The notes beneath the pieces are model-generated. The model saw only the letters and a program-made list of their open reading frames with translations, did no database searches and was not told where the DNA came from. Below are positions 38,701 through 52,639 of a stretch of 64,000 nucleotides of DNA, piece by piece. The stretch is from the NCBI RefSeq assembly GCF_001194135.2, contig NC_068982.1, forward strand, positions 78,639,527 through 78,703,526. The letters are read 5' to 3'. The DNA comes from Octopus bimaculoides. Taxonomy: Eukaryota. Both the position numbers and the translations under genes were made by a program. Numbering within the stretch: the first letter of the stretch is position 1; each line of letters starts with the position of its first letter.

Positions 38701-39649
38701 AATTGTGATGAAATCAAAAGTGTTGAAATAAGTTAAACAGTGAAAAATGGAGAACTTAAGGAAAAAAAAAAAATGAAATTAAAAAATTTTTTTTTTTACA
38801 CAGAATTGTAATGTTTCATCTTAAAAGCATAAATCCAAAGAAATTGGTGTACAAAAGCCATTAAACAATGTTACAGGTGGTTATATGAAGTGCTTTGATC
38901 AGAAGGCACTGTTTAAAGCTTAAATCAACTTCTTAAAAAAACAAAAGGAGTAAATTGGCTTGGGACAAGACATCTTATGACCAAGGAAAATTGATCATAA
39001 TTAAGATTCATAATTTTTATATTTCCATTTTGGTTTAGGTAATTTATTTTGGAACTAACTTTTAGCTTTCAAGAGTAGTGTTTCACTAAAAATTTTTCCT
39101 CAATTTCAAATTTCACCATTTTCTTCAGAAGTTATGTTTTTAGTTTGTGTAAGATGTTGTTATCCCTTTTTGTTACTATATTCCTGTTGAAAAAAAACTG
39201 CTTTTGTTTCTATTAATTTTGAAAATATTGATACATTGAATTAAATTACTTTGTCATTATTAAGCTTGATGTTTGGAGCATTAATTAACATGGAATTTTG
39301 GAAGAAGGTTTTAATTTAGATTACTTTAAAACAAGAAGTTTATATCATATAACCAGGGATGGTCTCAGGTGGGTTGATATCAAGAGTTAACACTGTACTT
39401 TTAAAATCTTTTAAGCATGATTTCTTGTAATACTCAATGAAGCATTAAGCAGAGATTGTTTCATTTAGATAAGCAAAACTAATATTTAAGCTGAATAATA
39501 GAAAGTATTGTCTAGTTTTAGAGCACTATTTTTTTTAATGTTTTTAGCTTCTGTGGTGATGTTTTTAAAGTGCCTTATAATTAGTTTTAATGGCTGTAAT
39601 TGGATTCACTAGTGCCACATTACTTAACAGTAATGATAATAATAATAAT

Positions 39650-39850
39650 CCTTCTGTAGACACAAGGCATGACATTTTGAGGGTAGGGGCTAATCTATTA
39701 CAGTGTTCAACTGGTACTTATTTTGTCAATCCCAGATGGATGAAAGGCAAAGTCAACCTGAGTAGAATTTGAACTCAGAATGTTAAGACAGATAAAATGC
39801 CATTAAGCATTTTGTCTGGTGTGCTAACAATTCTGTCAGCTCACTGCCTT
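39650..39850 (-). mobile_element. SINE family B flanked on both sides by (TAA)n
   Basis: Same body as the 15.5-16.3 kb units. taatgataataataataat lies on the left and aataataataataataat on the right. Confidence 0.8.
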
Positions 39851-42800
39851 CTTAATAATAATAATAATAATAATGTCTGTTAATGCTGTTGAGGAATTCT
39901 TGTCAAGATAAATATTTAAGATGATGATGATGATGTATGATGATTATTATACCTTGAAGAATTAAAACAGTTGTCAAGTGCATGCAGAAGATATGGCAAG
40001 TGAACTTTGTCAACTATCTCAATCATTAATCAGGATGCTGAGAAACATAATTTATTAGCAGTAATACTATGTCTGTCCTCTTCCTCTCCCCCCTTTTTTG
40101 TTTGAGACTGTTGTACTTCTGTTGGTTTAATTTACATCATATTACACAAGTATTCAGTTTAATCAACTGATGTTGCCATATTCATATTAAAACTTGTTTC
40201 CTCACTTCCTTATAGTATTGTGAATTGTCATTGCAAAAAAAAAGAAACAAAAAACCTATTATGTTTTTTGTCTACTTCAACATATTTTTTGTTTTCCTTA
40301 ATTTATTACACTATGTAATTAACACCAGGCACATTGCATTGATTTCTACTATCAAATACTTTATTGATGATCAATTTAAGTTTTCAAGATTAACTAATGG
40401 TATTTTTGTGTATTCTGATAAAAAACAAAATCAAATGTTTACAGCTTTAGTGAAAATTGATGTTTACAATCAATGTGCTACTGTCCACAATATTTCTACT
40501 TCAATTTTATTGATTTCTGGACATAGGAGAGGGATTTAGGACAATGGAGTATTTTTTTATTTGTATTTTAAATGTTATTACATTTTGTTAATTGATTTAA
40601 ATCATATAAACTCTTAGAAAAATTAAAAGGTATAGATATCAGCTTCTTCTGACAAATTATTTGAAGTGTATTACAAGTGACTCAAAGCAAAGTGGCTTTA
40701 TTTGTACAAATAAGTGTTGGTATACTTTGCTTATTAATTCCTTCACAGTTGAGGTTTTCTTTTAGGTAGCATTGAAAATAAGAAATATTTTATTTGTCCA
40801 GTCCCTGTATTTCTGAGGTAAGCAGTGTGTATCCTCCCTTTAATTTTCCTATTTAAGACATTTCTCTCATTTTCTGGTTTTTCATAAACAAAATGTTATT
40901 GGTAGCATTCAAACAATCATTCATTTTCAGACATTGCACCCCCCCCCCCAAAAAAAGTATTATCTAATTCATATCTAAGTTATTCAACTATTTTAAGGCT
41001 TTTAAGGTTATCAAATATTATTTTGGGGTTGAAAATTAGTTGTGTTGAGAACTACAAAGGCAAAGAATTATTTTTGTGGTATTGGTTAATGTACCTGAAG
41101 AATGAGTGCTTGGTCATCCTAAAGTTGTGTTCACCAACTATTATTTACTAAAAGTTCAAATGTTAGTATTGTAAATATCAATACAGCAACAATCACTTTG
41201 TTAATTAAAAATACTGTGACTAATGAAGCTCATTGTATCATTGAAAGGTTTATGAACAATGGATACTTGTTTCAAGCAAAAATATTAGATTATCTAGATT
41301 TTTCAAGATTTTTTTAATTTAATTTCTCATCAAAAGTGAATATTGTCTGTTTTAACTTTTTGCCTTTAATGCCAATTTAACCTATTTCTTCCTCTATGAC
41401 ATAGGTATGAAAAGTACTCACCTTTTGTTGTATGTTTTCTATTCACTTGATATCATTTTAGAATCTTTGTAGCTGAGTTTGAATCTTCAGTTCAAGACAA
41501 ATCTTTTTTTAAAAAAAGTGCAATTTATTCAGACTCATTTCGGCCAGTATGAAAAATTTTACAAGATTCAGTAAACCAGACTACATTTATTATTCAATGC
41601 CGCCATAGGTTTCTCGTTCTTAAACTTGACTATTAAATGATCTTTCAGTAATATTGTCTAAGTTATGATGATTTCATTCGATCTCAGCATCCCCCACCCC
41701 TATTTTCTAATCATTTTAAGTGTATTCATAGAATACCATTTATAAGCAAGTTGAAGGAAATTTTATCTTTGATAATAATCTTTAGTATAAGAGACTTAAT
41801 AGATATCCTGATTGGCTTGTAGTGTTTTATTGTCCATTGAGGAGTTTGGTTTTAAGTTTTATTGCTAACTTTTAAAATCAAATTTATTGCTATAATGTAT
41901 GGGATGGTTTGTGAACTTTATTTCCTTTGATCTGTTTTCTTGTTTTTTAACATAGACTTTTAACATAGGACTGATACAGCCTCTTTAAAAAATTTTGGAG
42001 TGAGTTCTCATACAACCCACCCAATTGGATACTTATCCATGATGTGTTTCAATGAAAGAGTACTGAAATATTTTGAGCACAATTAGGTGGGTTTTTTTTT
42101 TTTTTTCTAGCATTTGCATTTTGTATTTTTCTTTGTATCCATTTCTTCTCTATAGTATAGGAGAAGGGTATAGTTTTTGTAAACTTGGATTTGTGCATAC
42201 TGTTAAAGTATTTTCCCTTTATCTTTGTTGTTGCCAGTGGTTATTGTTTTACGTTCACTATCCATGCTGACATGGGTTGGACATATCTGCTCACCTACAC
42301 ACGAGTGCTCCATCTCACTTCTTTCATTTTGCTTGGTTTCTACAACTGGATGTTCTTCTTGACACTAACCACTTCAGTGCACTGGGTGTGTTTTTTGTGC
42401 CATCAGTACAAAAGATATCATTTGTTGATAACATTAAAGAGTCCTCACGTCACAGTTTACAGAGTGTACTAGGTATGTTTTTTTTGTGACACCAGCATTA
42501 GAGAGATAGCCATGTTCTCACCATGATTAAAGGGCTCTCACAACTCTATATGCCTGCATGTTCACACACGTGCACATGTATGTGACGTATTCATGTGATT
42601 TCAGGTTCGAAATATACTGTGCTATACTTTGATACTTTCTACTCTACCCTTGGGTTGACCCAAGTTTGTAATTTGAGTTGATGTAAATTGTGTGAAAGAC
42701 CGTTTCTGTCTACCCAATTCAGTTGATATAGGATTTCCTGTTCTTGGCTGGCTTGACTTTTGACCTGTCACTTGATTTAATAGCACAGTTTGGCCCTTAT

Positions 42801-45549
42801 GTACTTTTAGGTATGGCTACTTTGTTGCTAGCTTATGAACTAGATCTTGGGTTTGAGAGGATTAAATAACTTGATGTTATGTGCCCTGCTGCAGTAAGTC
42901 CTGATGAATCATGTTTTTTTTCCTTCCTTTTTCTTACCAGTTTTGGGGGCCTTGCAAATAAATATACCATGGGTATTACATTTCAGTCCTGTCTTAAGCA
43001 TGGACACATTGGACAGTTGCTAATCTATGTAAGTTGTAGTTGTATATATAGTGATTTCAATGCATTGCTTTACCCAGGGACCTATAATGCTAAGACAGTC
43101 CCTACTACTACCCCTTCTTGACTCAAATTATAAAGATACAAAACTCTTTTTATTTAATCCTCACTGGTTGTTTATTTTCCGACTGTTCTTATGAAGTTTC
43201 TCTTTGGAATTGGAATAGTCTGGCTTTTTGGTGTCAGGCTTCAGTTTGTTACTCGAATGTATTTATTTGTATGTTCTACTTTGTGTTATGTTTTGCTATT
43301 ATCATTGATTTTTACAATCAATTTTTCAAGTTTATTCTATAGGGTGACTGTATCTCTTTGTCTAATTTTGTTGAACTTTTCTATTTCATTGGTTATATTG
43401 AACTCTTATATTACATTGGTTATATGCAGTTTATTTATAGATTTGCAGTTGTTAATAGAATTTAAAATTTTTTTTCATTTAGTAATATTACTGATAGATT
43501 ATGATTGCTTGTTTTGTATTTTGCCTTCTATTTAAAGAGAGTTTTCGTAATAATTTTTGCCTTTTGTATCTGGATTTTTTTGTTCATGTGGTAGAGGTTA
43601 TATATATTTTTTTCTTTTCCTGAGCATAGAGTTAGTTGTTGCATTTAATGTGTTAAAATATTTTAGCATTGTTGTATGGTCTGCCAGTTTATTTGAATAT
43701 CTTTTGTTAACTAACATATTTTTCTATTAATCTCTTCATATGGTGCTGCTTTTGTAGAGAAGAATCTAAGGGTTCCATTTTTGTAACCAAAATATTTTAT
43801 TTATTCAAACATTTATTAGTTTGTGTTTGTGTGTGTGTACATATTACATATGTATTTTCTAATTGGCGTAATTATATTATCTACTAATGGAGTTATTGGA
43901 CGATCCAAATCTTGATAAAGACTTTTTTTTTAATATATTTCTCATGCAGAATACTTCGAATATAGGTTTGCTTGTTTGGAAAATAAAACAAAAACTGTTC
44001 CACACACATACACCTTATTGCTTTAAACTGCATTAGACATTGTTTTTGTAAAAAATATAAAAGTACTGGTGAATGCTTGAATATCTAAACTTCTAAAAGT
44101 ATTATCTTTTTGTAGGATATTATATGTATCCAAAATAGACATTAAAGATAAAATATTTCTTTACCAGCTTCTTACTTGAATTTAAGCTTTTCTGAATTTT
44201 ATATTTATTCTATCTCTGTTAGTTTCGGTAATCCTTTAATTTGATCTTGCATGATTTGTTTGTGAAATTTAGTGTCATGACAGAATGCACCCAGTACATT
44301 TTGTAAGATGATTAATGTTAGGAAGGGCATCCAGCTATAGAAACTATGCTGAAAATGGAGCTTAGAAGTGAGACATAATCCTCCAATCCATCTTTGAGGG
44401 TAGTAACTCCAGACAGGAATTAAGTTTGAAAATAGCAATTCTTTTGACCTATGCCAGCACAGAAAGCTGATGTAGAAATGATGGTGGTGATAGTGGGAGT
44501 GGCTGATAACAATTTCAAAATCTGATCAGAAATTAGTTCATACACTAAATTTTTACATTACAATAACATATATTCAAGTGCTCTTTTTGATCAAATAGAG
44601 ATCGCATAACCAAAATCTGGTAAAAAGAAAAAACTAAAAAAAGATAGATAAATTGTAAAACATAAATGAATATCTAAAATCTCCTCTCACAATGATCAAA
44701 ATCAGTTTTTAGACATTCTTTCATGTTGTGCACTTACAGTTCTTTTAAGTGTTAGATGTTTTAGTTAAATAATAATGCTATAACACATACACACACATAT
44801 ATACATACATATATGCACACACACATGTACACTCACTTGAATTTTATATTGTCAAGAAGCTGTGTATATTGAAGGCATTTTTCATTTTAATCTATGGAAT
44901 TATGTTCTTTTGGTGTTTTGACCTATGATTATTGTACAAACAAAGTCTCATTTATTTTAAGAGTCAAAATTTAAACTTGTGGAAAGAAAGCTAGCTGAAC
45001 TTTTTACAGCTAAGCATTATTCTACGTAAGTAGTTGGAATTTGAGAGTGAATTTCAATCATTTTGCCTTAATTTTATGTTTTAGAGAGGTATGAATGTTT
45101 TTGATTAATTTCCATCTATAACAGCCGGTGACTTTGGTTCAGTGTTGCAGATATGAGCAGTATATGATAGCTTATATATTTAACTTGAAATATTTTTTTT
45201 TAGATTTAGGAAGACATTTTCCTGTAGGTGGTGACTTGGCAGAGTCATTAAAGTTCTCAGTGGGATGCATTGTACTGCTTGCTCTCTGAGTTTAAATCCA
45301 ATCTTAGTCAACTTTGCCTTTCATCCTTTTGCGGGTTCAATAAAAAGAAATGTACCAGTCCACAGTGGTGGATTGGTGGAACTTTTAGAGGCAAGACAGG
45401 AGTGCCTGCGATGTCACTGGTGTTCAGTCTTATTGGTCCAAGTAAGCAGCCTTTCCTTTGGATAAACATTAGTGGCATGGAAAGGGGAGACTTGCATGGA
45501 TGGGTAACTGTTATGCTTCCTTAAATAATTTGGCCCAAGTCTGCACATA

Positions 45550-46821
45550 CAGGGGTTGGACAAAATAATGGAAACACCTTAAAATAACCAACAAATTTAT
45601 TTTAATATGGAGTAGCACCACCTTTGGCACTAATTACAGCTTGGATTCCATGAGGTATGGACTTGTACAAAGTTTGAATTGATTCCGAAGGAATTTTTGT
45701 CCATTCTTCAGCTAAAACAGTCTCCAGTTCTTGTAGTGATGATGATGGAGGATATTGACTCGTTACTTGTTTTTCTAAAACACACCATAAATGTTCAATA
45801 ATATTGAAATCTGGGGACTGTGTTGGCCAGATAAGATGTTCAGCTTCACTAGAATGTTCCTCGTGCCATTCAGTAACAACTTTAGCTGCGTGAATTGGTG
45901 CATTATCATCCTGAGAGATTGTGTTTCCCCCCAGAAACAGTTCCATAACTATAGAATGAATTTGATCAGATAAAATGCTTCAATAGTCTTGACTGTTAAT
46001 TCTGCCATGAAAGGAAACCATTGGGCCGGCAGATTTCCAAGATACAGCCCCACCAGATCATCATGGATACTCCTCCATGTTTAACAGTTGGAAGAAGGCA
46101 GTCTGAGTCAAATGCTTCTTTTGGCTGTCTCCACACGTATACTCAGCCGTTGGTCGAAAATTAGGTGAAGGATGACTTGTCTGAGAAAATAACATTCTTC
46201 CACTGTTCTAGGGACCATTTCTGTAGGTTTTTACTCCACTCTAAATGCTTTGCAGCGTTTGTTTTTGAAAGTAGTGGTTTTCTGATTGCATCCCTCCTGT
46301 GAAATCTGGCTTTGTGCAGCTTCCAGCAAACAGTTTGTGTGGAAACAGGGTTCTTGAGGTGGTCATTAAGTTCTTCAGTAATTTTAGGAGCTGTACTTTT
46401 GTGATCCTTTCTAACAATTCATGTAAGAGTCCGACGGTCTCTTTCTGAAAATTTTGGTTTTCTTCCGGAGTTTTGTTTTAATGAGGAGGTTTTTCCCTCT
46501 TTCTCAAAGGCTGTCATTACTTTTGAGACAGTACTTCTTGACACACCAAACATTTTGGCTGTTTTCGTTACGCTAGCTCCTGCCATACGAGCACCAACAA
46601 TTGATCTCTTTGAAGTCCGATAGATCTGTCATTTTAATGACTTTTAAATATCTTTTCCTGATGATATCTGAAAAGAAACAGCAATTTTAGCAAAACATAT
46701 TAAGCAACACTAATAATAAATCAAAAAACATAAAAATAAACAAGCTTTTGATAGTTTTATAGATATTTCAAAATTATGATGCTATGATGCTAGGTGTTTC
46801 CATTATTTTGTCCAACCACTG
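45550..46821 (-). mobile_element. Full-length defective Tc1/mariner transposon, DD36E spacing
   Basis: 30-bp TIRs caggggttggacaaaataatggaaacacct / reverse cagtggttgg... (29/30), with TA duplications at 45548-45549 and 46822-46823. Transposase remnant 46632 to 45602 reads MTDLSDF..IVGARMAGASVTKTA...IFSDKS...QDDNAPIH...WPTQSPDFNIIEHLW, with frameshifts and stops. Confidence 0.95.
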
Positions 46822-47446
46822 TATGTATGTTCAAGATTGGTAGATGGAGTCCCTACATACAGGTTACATTATATTTTTCTAAGTTGTTTTTGAGGTTAAT
46901 CTTTTTTTAAAAAGAAAAAAAAAACCCAAAATATTTATAGTAAATATTGTCATTATTTCATATTGTCTCTGACTTTAATTTTGAAATGAAAAAGAAAAAA
47001 AAAATTCAAATTCATTGAAGAGGAATTAGATTCTTTAAAAACATTTTTTTAGGACTGTTCAAAAGAATTTAATTAGGAGAAAGTGTTAAGGTTTGTTTTT
47101 GAAGTATACGTTATTAAGCTTTTTAAACTTCAAGCAACATCGTATGCTAACTAAAAACTGTGTTACTATTCTGTGAAGTGGCAAAAAAATCTTAATGCAT
47201 CATAAGCTATAAGAATTTAATACATTACATAAGGCTGCATTTAAGGTCATGTGTACAAATTATTTATGGTCAAGCTATTTTAGTCATAGTTTTAGCTTAC
47301 ATTATGTAGCTCTGGAAAATTGCAAAACGCTGTTTAAATGGTTTTTTAAGATGAGCTGTAAATTTCCTTTTATGCTGCTAGTTTTAGTAACTCTGAATGT
47401 ACTGTTAAACAACAGATAAGAATCTGCATTTTCTTTTTATTTATTT

Positions 47447-47621
47447 CTGCGGCCATGCTGGAGCACTGCCTTTAGTCGAGCAAATCGACCTCAGGACTTA
47501 TTTTTTGTAAGCCTAGTACTTATTCTATCAGTCTGTTTTGTCGAAGCGCTAAGTTACGGGGATGTAAACACACCAGCATCAGTTGTCAAGTGATGTGGGG
47601 ACAAACACACACAGACATATT

Positions 47622-47660
<39 letters not shown>
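47447..47660 (-). mobile_element. SINE family A tail i (head not visible before the gap)
   Basis: ctgcggccatgctggagcactgcctttagtcg...gtaagcctagtacttattctatc...aagttacggggatgtaaacacacc. Confidence 0.75.
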
Positions 47661-47662
<2 letters not shown>

Positions 47663-48193
47663 GTGTGTGTTTTCAACTTGATCTGTCTTTGTGCTGGTTT
47701 GGCTTAACATTTGNNNNNNNNNNNNNNNNNNNNNNNNNNNNNNNNNNNNNNNNNNNNNNNNNNNNNNNNNNNNNNNNNNNNNNNNNNNNNNNNNNNNNNN
47801 NNNNNNNNNNNNNNNNNNNNNNNNNNNNNNNNNNNNNNNNNNNNNNNNNNNNNNNNNNNNNNNNNNNNNNNNNNNNNNNNNNNNNNNNNNNNNNNNNNNN
47901 NNNNNNNNNNNNNNNNNNNNNNNNNNNNNNNNNNNNNNNNNNNNNNNNNNNNNNNNNNNNNNNNNNNNNNNNNNNNNNNNNNNNNNNNNNNNNNNNNNNN
48001 NNNNNNNNNNNNNNNNNNNNNNNNNNNNNNNNNNNNNNNNNNNNNNNNNNNNNNNNNNNNNNNNNNNNNNNNNNNNNNNNNNNNNNNNNNNNNNNNNNNN
48101 NNNNNNNNNNNNNNNNNNNNNNNNNNNNNNNNNNNNNNNNNNNNNNNNNNNNNNNNNNNNNNNNNNNNNNNNNNNNNNNNNNNNNNNNTATAT

Positions 48194-48245
<52 letters not shown>

Positions 48246-48975
48246 TTTCAACTTGATCTGTCTTTGTGCTGGTTTGGCTTAACATTTGACTTGTATTTAT
48301 TTTCACCCTCCAAGCATTAACCCTAGTTTTTTCCCTAAGACATCAACATATGTGTATTTAGGTGTCTGTCTTTACACTGATACCGTTTGAAAAGCTATGT
48401 TCTTTGTTTATGTTCGGTAACTTAGCAATGGAATTCAATATTGAATTCGTGTTAAGAACTAAAATAAAAATAAAAATGAAACAATAGAATTATCAATTCC
48501 AAAGCACAGTTTTTGTTTTCTTATCTTAATAATAATAATAATTATATATATTTTAAATCGTATATTGTTGGCTTATAAACAATATTTTGACTGGCTGTAG
48601 CTTACCCTGTAATCTGCATTTCTGCTTGTTTTTTTTTCTTCTTCATCATTTCACTTTAACTATTCTGATATAACCTGCATGCCATAGTAACACTTATATA
48701 TGTAAGTATTCATATATGGATACACGCACAGATAGATATACTGTATTACAAAAATTCTTTTCCAAAGAAAAAACAACACTGAAATACAAAATGATGTATA
48801 TATAAACATTATGGCATTATGAAAAAAGTTTACTGTTTCAAATTAAACTACCTGTCATGGAGAAGTAGAATATATGTCTTCTTGAACAGAAGTAGAAATA
48901 GAAAATCAGGAGCCTCAGGTATAATCCATCTTTCAGCTTACATCCATAGACAGATATCATTCAGATGGTTCGTTG

Positions 48976-49320
48976 TTTGTTGGTACTCTGTCGCTTACAA
49001 CGTTGAGGGTTGCAGTTGATCCGATCAACGGAACAGCCTGCTCGTGAAATTAACATGCAAGTGGCTGAACACTCCACAGACACGTGTACCCTTAACGTAG
49101 TTCTCGGGGAAATTCAGCATGACACAGTGTGACAAGGCTGACCCTTTGAATTACAGGCACAACAGAAACAGGAAGTAAGAGTGAGTGAAAGTTGTGGTGA
49201 AAGAGTACAGCAGGGTTCGCCACCATCCCCTGCCGGAGCCTCGTGGAGCTTTAGGTGTTTTCGCTCAATAAACACTTACAACGCTCGGTTTCGATTCCCC
49301 CCCGGTTTCAATTCCCCCCA
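48976..49320 (-). mobile_element. SINE family D, 5'-truncated with a short inverted B-box segment
   Basis: Collinear with 11421-11735, then switches to tttcgattccc, the reverse complement of gggaatcgaaa in the intact copy. Confidence 0.8.
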
Positions 49321-50249
49321 TTCCCCCTAATTTATAGAAATGCTATAAATTACCGAGCAAAAACAATACTCTACAACCTACAATTTTACCCAAGCAATGA
49401 TTACTGCTAACCTCAATCAACTGTAACTGTACAAACACCAGTACAATTCCTTTTCAAGATAACTACCAAGTAAAAGGAAAAGTATAGACGTATTAACTCT
49501 ATTCTTCCTCTTGCTCATACATTGGCTAATGTGTTAATTCCTTAGAAATTGGAGAGAGAGATAGAGGCTTTCATTTACACCGGTATTCATTCCAGAGTTC
49601 AGATAGAAATATGACAATTTAATTTCTCTATGGTCACATAATCTTATCCTTAAGGGCATTGAGTGACTGTACAATATTTCCTGGATTACTCTATTACTTC
49701 ATCATATGCAAATAGTAATCCCTTCCAACTTAGCTTACATGAGGCCTATAAGATTCTCTTCTCTCAACTTAATTTATTTAACAATCATTCTAAACTTGGT
49801 TTTTCTTGCTGACATAAGACTTTCAGGACCCTGAAATATTTTAAGTATATCCTCCTCTCTTTCCCACCATCTGTGTGTATTCTCTACATCCACCAACCAT
49901 ACCATCACCATTTACCATTGATTTCTCTACTCCTTCCTTGTTCTATTTAGAAAGTCATTAAGATTGTCATACATATACACAATTTCTTTAGTTAATTTCA
50001 TTTATCTTTCCAATATCTTGTTGACACATGTTTTTCTTTTAATCTCCATTTCCCCCACATTTGTTTATATATGTTTGCAAGTTAGTGTATTTGTATTGAT
50101 AACATTTTGTCTATGAAAGCTTGATTACGTATTTGTATATAAATAAGTTCATCTATATATATATTGTCTGCTTGTGTATATATAATGTTGAGAGTGTATA
50201 TAAATGTATAAGTATATATTTGCAGATCCATGCCTTTGTATTTAAATGA

Positions 50250-51200
50250 ACTCTTGCAAACACTCTTGCCTATATTTTCTTGTGCTCTTACGTATATTTA
50301 TATACACTTGTATTGGCTTGGATATGCTTTCACAATGATATTTTTCGTATTGTATGGATCTCTTTTATGGCTTTCTGTGTTGCTGCCAGTTGCTCTTCTC
50401 CCTTCATAGTTGCCCATGTCCCACTTGTGTATAAGAGTACAAGTAGTATGGTGCTATTAAAGAGTTAGGCTTGCAGGATTTTATCCAGCTGTTGCTTTGA
50501 GCTCATCTTTGAAGCAAATAACTTCTATCCTGCTCTTACTCTGTATGAGATTTTGGTGTTCATGTCTTGGCATATATTTACTGTCTCCAAGTAGATGTAC
50601 TCCTTCACGCCTTGGATTTCATTGCTTCTTATCACTATTTTGTTTTGTGCTACAGTTTTGGATTGTATGTATTTTGTTTCCATATACACTATATTGAGTT
50701 CTACTACTGAACTCAGGGTGTCCAGCTCTGCAGCTGATCCATTTCTGCAATGAGCACAATATCATCAGTGAATCAGAAATGTGTTAGTAGCTTGCTGGTA
50801 ATACTGATGCCACTTTTCTACTTAATGTCTCTCATGATCATTTCAAGTATGCAGTGATGAGCTTTGGAAAGAATGTATCTCCTAGTTTGATTCCCTTCTT
50901 GACAAAAAATTTTATAGGTGACAACAGAGCTATATTGGTGGTAGACACTGATGTCTGTTGCCCTTTGATCTTACAGTTGGCATCATCCTTTTATATGTTT
51001 ATACCTGCTAATACACCCATTTGTGAATCTGTTTGGAGCATGTATCTACAAATGTATTTCTCCATATATAAGTAGAAGTATAAATGTATCTCCTTCACTC
51101 ATACAGCTATATATAGAGAGAGAGTTGAGTAAAATTTGGGTGAAATCTTTGTATGTTGTGCAAAGCTCATCCACAGTTAATGGGAAAACTTATGTCACTG
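50250..51200 (-). mobile_element. Old degenerate RTE-type RT remnant (different lineage)
   Basis: Minus-strand motifs in order: YKDFTQILLNSL, KGIKLGDTFFPKLITAYL, FTDDIVLIA, EYIYLG, LFNSTILLVLLYTSGTWATMKGEEQL. Confidence 0.6.
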
Positions 51201-52639
51201 GATTTACATCTGGAATTGCATAGTATCTGTAGAGTTTATATAAAGAGATGAATAAGTGAAAATAGATTGAATGACATTCTTTAGTTCATGTCACTTAAAT
51301 TGTATCTGCACTATATCAACTCACCAATGTGAGTTGATATAATTAACATATTGTGTAATCTACTATCATCCATCAAAGGTGTAAAATGTCATTATGTAGA
51401 GCAAATGTAGACTGAGATACAGGGGTCCTAGATAGACAAGCAGAATTTTGCTTTTATTTATTATGGATAATCACTTGAAAAAAAAAACACATTCTACACA
51501 CTTGATGGATGATAGTGATTATGAAATATGTTATATCATCTTACCAAGGTACAGTGGGTTTCATGCTGCATGCAAACAATTTTAGTGGTATGGGACAAGG
51601 AGTGTTGTTCAGTATATTTCCACTTATTCGTCTCTTTATACACACACACNNNNNNNNNNNNNNNNNNNNNNNNNNNNNNNNNNNNNNNNNNNNNNNNNNN
51701 NNNNNNNNNNNNNNNNNNNNNNNNNNNNNNNNNNNNNNNNNNNNNNNNNNNNNNNNNNNNNNNNNNNNNNNNNNNNNNNNNNNNNNNNNNNNNNNNNNNN
51801 NNNNNNNNNNNNNNNNNNNNNNNNNNNNNNNNNNNNNNNNNNNNNNNNNNNNNNNNNNNNNNNNNNNNNNNNNNNNNNNNNNNNNNNNNNNNNNNNNNNN
51901 NNNNNNNNNNNNNNNNNNNNNNNNNNNNNNNNNNNNNNNNNNNNNNNNNNNNNNNNNNNNNNNNNNNNNNNNNNNNNNNNNNNNNNNNNNNNNNNNNNNN
52001 NNNNNNNNNNNNNNNNNNNNNNNNNNNNNNNNNNNNNNNNNNNNNNNNNNNNNNNNNNNNNNNNNNNNNNNNNNNNCACACACACACACACTATGCCTGA
52101 TCTTTTTTTTTGTGAGTAACACTTTAGCACTTGAAGCTATTTAATTTATTCCAATTTATAAAACTTTTATTTTCTAAATCGTTTGACACAAGCTTGAGTT
52201 CTGTTTATTCTTTGTATTTGTCTCAATGCTTAATGAATTAGTTTTCTAAATTATTCAATAGAGTTTCTACTCTCTTGCTGTAACAGCATCTCTCATTAGT
52301 TGTTCTGCTTATCTTTTGTAATCTGAAAGTTCATTCTAAATGCTTAACTGATCTTATCTTACGTGTAATAAAATGCAGTGTGTTTCACATCAGTTATGCT
52401 GGACAACAAATGGAGTGTGAGTGACGGTTATAGTGCAGGTGTAATGAGATGTTTTGCTCTTGAGTCATCAGTATTTTAATCAAAATGAACTTAAATTTTT
52501 GTCAGATTATTGCAAGTTTATTTTATTAATTTCACACACACACATACATTTATAAATATATATGAAATTGATTATTAAACTCCTTTGTTTTAAAGTACTA
52601 TCACTGTTGTAAAATTTATAAATTCATGTATATGTCTAT

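Noticed and set aside
46659-46685. ctgatga...gaaac inside the Tc1 5' region
   Set aside because: The intervening bases do not form stem II, so this is a chance match.
47655-48288. Identical 59-bp sequence on both sides of the gap; likewise ttggaacctggtgcagccttctggct around the gap at 11179-11188
   Set aside because: Most likely contig-overlap artefacts rather than real tandem duplications.
9847-52144. Long ORFs full of X (9847-10560, 13141-14168, 20758-21859, 47590-48320, 51509-52144)
   Set aside because: They are open only because they run through N gaps.
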